Shown here piece by piece: positions 1 through 9,067 of a DNA stretch of 64,000 bases; the first letter of the stretch is position 1; every line of letters begins with the position of its first letter. The DNA comes from Antedon mediterranea (taxonomy: Eukaryota; Animalia; Echinodermata): assembly GCF_964355755.1 (NCBI RefSeq), contig NC_092675.1:12829812-12893811 (forward strand), in the 5' to 3' direction. Under the pieces are notes generated by a model. The model ran no database searches, was not told the DNA's origin, and worked only from the letters and a program-made list of their open reading frames with translations. A program made the position numbers and the translations under genes.

Positions 1-690
1 ACAGAATAGCTTCAAATCGCATTTGGAGACCGTTTTAGGCCAATTTGTGATTTTCGAAAAAACTTGTTAACCTAAAAATACCAAAGTGTTTAGAATAGCT
101 TCAAATCGCATTTGGAGACGTTTTAGACCATTTTGTAATTTTCGAAAAAACTTGTTAACATAAAAACACCAAAGTGCTTAGAATAGCTTCAAATCGCATT
201 TGGAGACATTTTAGACCAATTTGTGATTTTCTAAAAAACTTATCAACATAAAAACACCAAAGGGTTTAGAATATCTTCAAATCGCATTTGGAGACGTTTT
301 AGACCATTTTGTGATTTTCGAAAAAACTTGTTAACATAAAAACACCAAAGTGCTTAGAATAGCTTCAAATCGCATTTGGAGACATTTTAGACCAATTTGT
401 GATTTTCTAAAAAACTTATCAACATAAAAACACCAAAGGGTTTAGAATATCTTCAAATCGCATTTGGAGACGTTTTAGACCATTTTGTGATTTTCGAAAA
501 AACTTGTTAACATAAAAACACCAAAGTGCTTAGAATAGCTTCAAATCGCATTTGGAGACGTTTTAGACCAATTTGTGATTTTCGAAAAAACTTATCAACA
601 TAAAAACACCAAAGGGTTTAGAATAGCTTCATTTGGAGACGTTTTAGACCATTTTGTGATTTTGAAAAAACTTGTTAACATAAAAACACC

Positions 691-778
691 AAAGTGCTTA
701 GAATAGCTTCAAATCGCATTTGGAGACGTTTTAGACCATTTTGTGATTTTCGAAAAAACTTGTTAACATAAAAACACC
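691..778 (+). repeat. Reference copy of type A monomer (88 bp), the majority unit
   Basis: aaagtgctta gaatagcttc aaatcgcatt tggagacgtt ttagaccatt ttgtgatttt cgaaaaaact tgttaacata aaaacacc; the next unit starts at 779. Contains AluI (AGCT), BsmBI (GAGACG), BstBI (TTCGAA) and HpaI (GTTAAC) sites. Confidence 0.97.
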
Positions 779-866
779 AAAGTGCTTAGAATAGCTTCAA
801 ATCGTATTTGGAGACGTTTTAGACCATTTTGAGATTTTCGAAAAAACTTGGTTACACAAAAACATC

Positions 867-943
867 AAAGTGCTTAAAATCACATTATAAACCGTTTTAG
901 ACCATTTTGAGCATTTCGATAACACTTTTCACACAAAAACATC
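867..943 (+). repeat. Reference copy of type B monomer (77 bp)
   Basis: aaagtgcttaaaatcacattataaaccgttttagaccattttgagcatttcgataacacttttcacacaaaaacatc; aligns to A with the 10-bp 'gaatagcttc' block missing, 1 bp shorter in the tail, plus many substitutions. Confidence 0.95.
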
Positions 944-1030
944 AAAGAGCACAAAATAGCTTAATATCGTATTTAAAAACGTTTTAGACCATTTTGAGCA
1001 TTTAGACAAAACTTTTTCACACAAAACACC
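944..1030 (+). repeat. Reference copy of type C monomer (87 bp)
   Basis: aaagagcacaaaatagcttaatatcgtatttaaaaacgttttagaccattttgagcatttagacaaaactttttcacacaaaacacc; colinear with A and shares the gttttagaccattttg core; follows B. Confidence 0.95.
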
Positions 1031-2149
1031 AAAGTGCTTAGAATAGCTTCAAATCGCATTTGGAGACGTTTTAGAACATTTTGTGTTTTTCGAAAAAAAC
1101 TGTTAACATAAAAACACCAAAGTGCTTAGAATAGCTTCAAATCGCATTTGGAGACGTTTTAGAACATTTTGTGTTCTTCGAAAAAACCTGTTAACATAAA
1201 AACACCAAAGTGCTTAGAATAGCTTCAAATCGCATTTGGAGACGTTTTAGACCATTTTGTGATTTTTGAAAAAACTTGTTAACATGAAAACACCAAAGTG
1301 CTTAGAATAGCTTCAAATCACATTTGGAGACGTTTTAGACCATTTTGTGATTTTCGAAAAAACTTGTTAACATAAAAACACGAAAGTGGTTAGAATAGCT
1401 TCAAATCGCATTTGGAAACGTTTTAGACCATTTTGTGATTTTCGAAAAAGATTGTTAACATAAAAACACCAAAGTGCTTAGAATCACAATATAAACCGTT
1501 TTAGACCATTTTGAGCATTTCGATAACAATTTTCACACAAAAACATCAAAGAGCACAAAATAGCTTAATATCGTATTTAAAAATGTTTTAGACCATTTTG
1601 AGCATTTAGATAAAACTTTTTCACACAAAACACCAAAGTGCTTAGAATAGCTTCAAATCGCATTTGGAGACGGTTTAGACCATTTTGTGATTTTGAAAAA
1701 ACTTGTTAACATAAAAACACCAAAGTGCTTAGAATAGCTTCAAATCGCATTTGGAGACGTTTTAGACCATTTTGTGATTTTCGAAAGAACTTGTTAACAT
1801 AAAAACACCAAAGTGCTTAGAATAGCTTCAAATCGTATTTGGAGACGTTTTAGACCATTTTGAGATTTTCGAAAAAACTTGGTTACACAAAAACATCAAA
1901 GTGCTTAAAATCACATTATAGACCGTTTTAGACCATTTTGAACATTTCGATAACACTTTTCACACAAAAACATCAAAGAGCACAAAATAGCTTAATATCG
2001 TATTTAAAAACGTTTTAGACCATTTTGAGCATTTCGACAAAACTTGTTCACACAAAACACCAAAGTGCTTAGAATAGCTTCAAATCGCATTTGGAGACGT
2101 TTTAGACCATTTTGTGATTTTCGAAAAAAATTGTTAACATAAAAACATC

Positions 2150-2238
2150 AAAGTGTACAGAATAGCTTCAAATCGCATTTGGAGACCGTTTTAGGCCAAT
2201 TTGTGATTTTCGAAAAAACTTGTTAACCTAAAAATACC
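2150..2238 (+). repeat. 89-bp variant monomer (gtgtacag head, gagaccgttttaggcc core, aacctaaaaatacc tail)
   Basis: A set of linked diagnostic changes seen near 1, 2150, 4967, 6048, 15795, 41701, 42889, 43970, 45986, 47174 and 49154. Confidence 0.9.
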
Positions 2239-4041
2239 AAAGTGTTTAGAATAGCTTCAAATCGCATTTGGAGACGTTTTAGACCATTTTGTAATTTTCG
2301 AAAAAACTTGTTAACATAAAAACACCAAAGTGCTTAGAATAGCTTCAAATCGCATTTGGAGACATTTTAGACCAATTTGTGATTTTCTAAAAAACTTATC
2401 AACATAAAAACACCAAAGGGTTTAGAATATCTTCAAATCGCATTTGGAGACGTTTTAGACCATTTTGTGATTTTCGAAAAAACTTGTTAACATAAAAACA
2501 CCAAAGTGCTTAGAATAGCTTCAAATCGCATTTGGAGACGTTTTAGACCAATTTGTGATTTTCGAAAAAACTTATCAACATAAAAACACCAAAGGGTTTA
2601 GAATAGCTTCATTTGGAGACGTTTTAGACCATTTTGTGATTTTGAAAAAACTTGTTAACATAAAAACACCAAAGTGCTTAGAATAGCTTCAAATCGCATT
2701 TGGAGACGTTTTAGACCATTTTGTGATTTTCGAAAAAACTTGTTAACATAAAAACACCAAAGTGCTTAGAATAGCTTCAAATCGTATTTGGAGACGTTTT
2801 AGACCATTTTGAGATTTTCGAAAAAACTTGGTTACACAAAAACATCAAAGTGCTTAAAATCACATTATAAACCGTTTTAGACCATTTTGAGCATTTCGAT
2901 AACACTTTTCACACAAAAACATCAAAGAGCACAAAATAGCTTAATATCGTATTTAAAAACGTTTTAGACCATTTTGAGCATTTAGACAAAACTTTTTCAC
3001 ACAAAACACCAAAGTGCTTAGAATAGCTTCAAATCGCATTTGGAGACGTTTTAGAACATTTTGTGTTTTTCGAAAAAAACTGTTAACATAAAAACACCAA
3101 AGTGCTTAGAACAGCTTCAAATCGCATTTGGAGACGTTTTAGAACATTTTGTGTTCTTCGAAAAAACCTGTTAACATAAAAACACCAAAGTGCTTAGAAT
3201 AGCTTCAAATCGCATTTGGAGACGTTTTAGACCATTTTGTGATTTTTGAAAAAACTTGTTAACATAAAAACACCAAAGTGCTTAGAATAGCTTCAAATCA
3301 CATTTGGAGACGTTTTAGACCATTTTGTGATTTTCGAAAAAACTTGTTAACATAAAAACACGAAAGTGGTTAGAATAGCTTCAAATCGCATTTGGAAACG
3401 TTTTAGACCATTTTGTGATTTTCGAAAAAGATTGTTAACATAAAAACACCAAAGTGCTTAGAATCACAATATAAACCGTTTTAGACCATTTTGAGCATTT
3501 CGATAACAATTTTCACACAAAAACATCAAAGAGCACAAAATAGCTTAATATCGTATTTAAAAATGTTTTAGACCATTTTGAGCATTTAGATAAAACTTTT
3601 TCACACAAAACACCAAAGTGCTTAGAATAGCTTCAAATCGCATTTGGAGACGGTTTAGACCATTTTGTGATTTTGAAAAAACTTGTTAACATAAAAACAC
3701 CAAAGTGCTTAGAATAGCTTCAAATCGCATTTGGAGACGTTTTAGACCATTTTGTGATTTTCGAAAGAACTTGTTAACATAAAAACACCAAAGTGCTTAG
3801 AATAGCTTCAAATCGTATTTGGAGACGTTTTAGACCATTTTGAGATTTTCGAAAAAACTTGGTTACACAAAAACATCAAAGTGCTTAAAATCACATTATA
3901 AACCGTTTTAGACCATTTTGAACATTTCGATAACACTTTTCACACAAAAACATCAAAGAGCACAAAATAGCTTAATATCGTATTTAAAAACGTTTTAGAC
4001 CATTTTGAGCATTTCGACAAAACTTTTTCACACAAAACACC

Positions 4042-4129
4042 AAAGTGCTTAGAATAGCTTCAAATCGCATTTGGAGACGTTTTAGACCAATTTGTGCATT
4101 TCGATGAAACTTGATTACACAAAAACATC
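4042..4129 (+). repeat. Reference copy of type D monomer (88 bp; A head with gtgcatttcgatgaaacttg(g/a)ttacacaaaaacatc tail)
   Basis: A-like first ~50 bp with a distinct tail; normally precedes B or the B/C fusion. D+B+C = 252 bp. Confidence 0.9.
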
Positions 4130-4383
4130 AACGTTCTTAAAATCACATTATAAACCGTTTTAGACCATTTTGAGCATTTCGATAACACTTTTCACACAAA
4201 AACATCAAAGAGCACAAAATAGCTTAATATCGTATTTAAAAACGTTTTAGACCATTTTTTGAGCATTTAGACAAAACTTTTTCACACAAAACACCAAAGT
4301 GCTTAGAATAGCTTCAAATCGCATTTGGAGACGTTTTAGACCATTTTGTGCATTTCGATGAAACTTGGTTACACAAAAACATC

Positions 4384-4460
4384 AAAGTGCTTAAAATGAC
4401 ATTATAAATCGTTTTAGACCATTTTGAGCATTTCGACAAAACTTTTTCACACAAAATACC
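4384..4460 (+). repeat. B/C fusion monomer (77 bp; B head, C tail)
   Basis: B-type head '...cattataaatcgttttagacc' joined to C-type tail 'gcatttcgacaaaactttttcacacaaaatacc'; recurs near 7926, 11412, 12952, 14373, 17168, 22475, 26616, 40720, 55139, 61696. Confidence 0.88.
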
Positions 4461-6130
4461 AAAGGGCTTCAAATCGCATTTGGAGACGTTTTAGACCATT
4501 TTGTGATTTTCGAAAAAACTTTTTAACATAAAAACACCAAAGTGCTTAGAATAGCTTCAAATCACATTTGGAGACGTTTTAGACCATTTTGTGATTTTCG
4601 AAAAAACTTGTTAACATAAAAACACGAAAGTGCTTAGAATAGCTTCAAATCGCATTTGGAAACGTTTTAGACCATTTTGTGATTTTCGAAAATAATTGTT
4701 AACATAAAAACACCAAAGTGCTTAGAATCACATTATAAACCGTTTTAGACCATTTTGAGCATTTCGATAACAATTTTCACACAAAAACATCAAAGAGCAC
4801 AAAATAGCTTAATATCGTATTTAAAAATGTTTTAGACCATTTTGAGCATTTAGATAAAACTTTTTCACACAAAACACCAAAGTGCTTAGAATAGCTTCAA
4901 ATCGCATTTGGAGACGTTTTAGACCATTTTGTGATTTTCGAAAAAAATTGTTAACATAAAAACATCAAAGTGTACAGAATAGCTTCAAATCGCATTTGGA
5001 GACCGTTTTAGGCCAATTTGTGATTTTCGAAAAAACTTGTTAACCTAAAAATACCAAAGTGTTTAGAATAGCTTCAAATCGCATTTGGAGACGTTTTAGA
5101 CCATTTTGTGATTTTCGAAAAAACTTGTTAACATAAAAACACCAAAGTGCTTAGAATAGCTTCAAATCACATTTGGAGACGTTTTAGACCATAAGTGCTT
5201 AGAATCACATTATAAACCGTTTTAGACCATTTTGAGCATTTCGATAACAATTTTCACACAAAAACATCAAAGAGCACAAAATAGCTTAATATCGTATTTA
5301 AAAATGTTTTAGACCATTTTGAGCATTTAGATAAAACTTTTTCACACAAAACACCAAAGTGCTTAGAATAGCTTCAAATCGCATTTGGAGACGTTTTAGA
5401 CCATTTTGTGATTTTTGAAAAAACTTGTTAACATAAAAACACCAAAGTGCTTAGAATAGCTTCAAATCACATTTGGAGAGGTTTTAGACCATTTTGTGAT
5501 TTTCGAAAAAACTTGTTAACATAAAAACACGAAAGTGCTTAGAATAGCTTCAAATCGCATTTGGAAACGTTTTAGACCATTTTGTGATTTTCGAAAAAAC
5601 TTGTTAACATAAAAACATGAAAGTGCTTAGAATAGCTTCAAATCGTATTTGGAGACGTTTTAGACCATTTTGTGATTTTCGAAAAAACTTGTTAACATAA
5701 AAACACCAATGTGCTTAGAAAAGCTTCAAATCGCATTTTGAGACGTTTTAGACCATTTTGTGCATTTCGATGAAACTTGGTTACACAAAAACATCAAAGT
5801 GCTTAAAATCACATTATAAACCATTTTAGACCATTTTGAGCATTTCGATAACACTTTTCACACAAAAACATCAAAGAGCACAAAATAGCTTAATATCGTA
5901 TTTAAAAACGTTTTAGACCATTTTGAGCATTTCGACAAAACTTTTTCACACAAAACACCAAAGTGCTTAGAATAGCTTCAAATCGCATTTGGAGACGTTT
6001 TAGACCATTTTGTGATTTTCGAAAAAACTTGTTAACATAAAAACATCAAAGTGTACAGAATAACTTCAAATCGCATTTGGAGACCGTTTTAGGCCAATTT
6101 GTGATTTTCGAAAAAACTTGTTAACCTAAA

Positions 6131-7145
6131 AATACCAAAGTGTTTAGAATAGCTTCAAATCGCATTTGGAGACGTTTTAGACCATTTTGTGATTTTCGAA
6201 AAAACTTGTTAACATAAAAACACCAAAGTGCTTCAAATCGCATTTGGAGACATTTTAGACCAATTTGTGATTTTTGAAAAAACTTGTTAACATAAAAACA
6301 CCAAAGTGCATACAATAGCTTCAAATCGTATTTGGAGACGTTTTAGACCATTTTGTGATTTTCGAAAAAACTTGTTAACATAAAAACACCAAAGTACTTA
6401 GAATAGCTTCAAATCGAATTTGGAGACGTTTTAGACCATTTTATGCATTTCGATGAAACTTGGTTACACAAAAACATCAATGTGCTTAAAATCACATTAT
6501 AATCCGTTTTAGACCATTTTGAGCATTTCGATAACACTTTTCACACAAAAACATCAAAGAGCACAAAATAGCTTAATATCGTATTTAAAAACGTTTTAGA
6601 CCATTTTGAGTATTTAGACAAAACTTTTTCACACAAAACACCAAAGTGTTTAGAATAGCTTCAAATCGCATTTGGAGACGTTTTAGACCATTTTGTGATT
6701 TTCGAAAAAACTTGTTAACATAAAAACACCAAAGTGCTTCAAATCGCATTTGAGACATTTTAGACCAATTTGTGATTTTTGAAAAAACTTGTTAACATAA
6801 AAACACCAAAGTGCTTACAATAGCTTCAAATCGTATTTGGAGACGTTTTAGACCATTTTGTGATTTTCGAAAAAACTTGTTAACATAAAAACACCAAAGT
6901 ACTTAGAATAGCTTCAAATCGCATTTGGAGACGTTTTAGACCATTTTATGCATTTCGATGAAACTTGGTTACACAAAAACATCAAAGTGCTTAAAATCAC
7001 ATTATAATCCGTTTTAGACCATTTTGAGCATTTCGATAACACTTTTCACACAAAAACATCAAAGAGCACAAAATAGCTTAATATCGTATTTAAAAACTTT
7101 TTAGACCATTTTGAGCATTTCGACAAAACTTTTTCACACAAAACA
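6131..7145 (+). repeat. Tandem duplicated 6-monomer unit (~505-506 bp)
   Basis: Markers 'aaagtgcttcaaatc', 'tacaatagc', 'aaagtactta' (6391, 6896), 'ttttatgcat' and 'tataatccg' repeat at offset ~505; the same doublet occurs at ~41790-42800 and ~46075-47085. Confidence 0.85.
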
Positions 7146-8039
7146 CCAAAGTGCTTAGAATAGCTTCAAATCGCATTTGGAGACGTTTTAGACCATTTTG
7201 TGATTTTCGAAAAAAATTGTTAACATAAAAACACGAAAGTGCTTAGAATAGCTTCAAATCGCATTTGGAAACGTTTTAGACCATTTTGTGATTTTCGAAA
7301 AAAATTGTTAACATAAAAACACCAAAGTGTTTAGAATAGCTTCAAATCGCATTTGGAGACGTTTTAGACCAATTTGTGATTTTCGAAAAAACTTATCAAC
7401 ATAAAAACACCAAAGGGTTTAGAATAGCTTCAAATCGCATTTGGAGAAGTTTTAGACCATTTTGTGATTTTGAAAAAACTTGTTAACATAAAAACACCAA
7501 AGTGCTTAGAATAGCTTCAAATCGCATTTGGAGACGTTTTAGACCATTTTGTGATTTCGAAAAAACTTGTTAACATAAAAACACCAAAGTGCTTAGAATA
7601 GCTTCAAATCGTATTTGGAGACGTTTTAGACCATTTTGAGATTTTCGAAAAAAATTGGTTACACAAAAACATCAAAGTGCTTAAAATCACATTATAAACC
7701 GTTTTAGACCATCTTTAGCATTTCGGTAACACTTTTCACACAAAAACATCAAAGAGCACAAAATAGCTTAATATCGTATTTAAAAACGTTTTAGACCATT
7801 TTGAGCATTTAGACAAAACTTTTTCACACAAAACACCAAAGTGCTTAGAATAGCTTCAAATCGCATTTGGAGACGTTTTAGACCATTTTGTGCATTTCGA
7901 TGAAACTTGGTTACACAAAAACATCAAAGTGCTTAAAATCACATTATAAATCGTTTTAGACCATTTTGAGCATTTCGACAAAACTTTTTCACACAAAATA
8001 CCAAAGTGCTTAGAATAGCTTCAAATCGCATTTGGAGAC

Positions 8040-9067
8040 GTTTTAGACCATTTTGTGATTTTCGAAAAAACTTTTTAACATAAAAACACCAAAGTGCTTA
8101 GAATAGCTTCAAATCACATTTGGAGACGTTTTAGACCATAAGTGCTTAGAATCACATTATAAACCGTTTTAGACCATTTTGAGCATTTCGATAACAATTT
8201 TCACACAAAAACATCAAAGAGCACAAAATAGCTTAATATCGTATTTAAAAATGTTTTAGACCATTTTGAGCATTTAGATAAAACTTTTTCACACAAAACA
8301 CCAAAGTGCTTAGAATAGCTTCAAATCGCATTTGGAGACGTTTTAGACCATTTTGTGATTTTTGAAAAAACTTGTTAACATAAAAACACCAAAGTGCTTA
8401 GAATAGCTTCAAATCACATTTGGAGATGTTTTAGACCATTTTGTGATTTTTGAAAAAACTTGTTAACATAAAAACACGAAAGTGCTTAGAATAGCTTCAA
8501 ATCGCATTTGGAAACGTTTTAGACCATTTTGTGATTTTCGAAAAAAATTGTTAACATAAAAACACGAAAGTGCTTAGAATAGCTTCAAATCGCATTTGGA
8601 AACGTTTTAGACCATTTTGTGATTTTCGAAAAAACTTTTTAACATAAAAACACCAAAGTGCTTAGAATAGCTTCAAATCACATTTGGAGACGTTTTAGAC
8701 CATAAGTGCTTAGAATCACATTATAAACCGTTTTAGACCATTTTGAGCATTTCGATAACAATTTTCACACAAAAACATCAAAGAGCACAAAATAGCTTAA
8801 TATCGTATTTAAAAATGTTTTAGACCATTTTGAGCATTTAGATAAAACTTTTTCACACAAAACACCAAAGTGCTTAGAATAGCTTCAAATCGCATTTGGA
8901 GACGTTTTAGACCATTTTGTGATTTTTGAAAAAACTTGTTAACATAAAAACACCAAAGTGCTTAGAATAGCTTCAAATCACATTTGGAGATGTTTTAGAC
9001 CATTTTGTGATTTTTGAAAAAACTTGTTAACATAAAAACACGAAAGTGCTTAGAATAGCTTCAAATC
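8040..9067 (+). repeat. Tandem duplication, period 564 bp
   Basis: 'ccataagtg' junction at 8140 and 8704; 'ggagatgtt' in both copies. Confidence 0.82.

Larger units (their letters stand above)
1..4089 (+). repeat. Tandem higher-order duplication, period 1980 bp (first copy has an extra 176-bp dimer)
   Basis: Lines 361-2100 match 2341-4080 at offset 1980 with only about 4 substitutions seen; bases 1-170 match 2157-2326 at offset 2156 (=1980+176). Confidence 0.92.

Noticed and set aside
706-716. 'gcttcaaatcg' resembles a tRNA T-loop / Pol III B box, and the monomer is tRNA-sized
   Set aside because: No T-stem pairing, cloverleaf or properly spaced A box is visible; frequent T4 runs would terminate Pol III.
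698-736. TTAG-containing hexamers (ttagaa, ttagac; ttaggc in the 89-bp variant) resembling telomeric repeats
   Set aside because: They occur as isolated single copies per monomer, never in tandem, and there is no G-rich strand.
728-776. Core 'gttttagacc' resembles the start of the S. pyogenes type II-A CRISPR repeat (GTTTTAGAGC), with regular spacing
   Set aside because: The intervening sequence is itself repeated, there are no unique spacers, leader or cas genes, and the similarity is limited to about 9 AT-rich bases.
836-852. CENP-B box-like motif (ttcg-aaaa-a-ac-ttgg; also ttcg-atga-a-ac-ttgg in D)
   Set aside because: Only 7 of the 9 essential positions of NTTCGNNNNANNCGGGN match and the second CpG is missing, so it is not supportable as a functional box.
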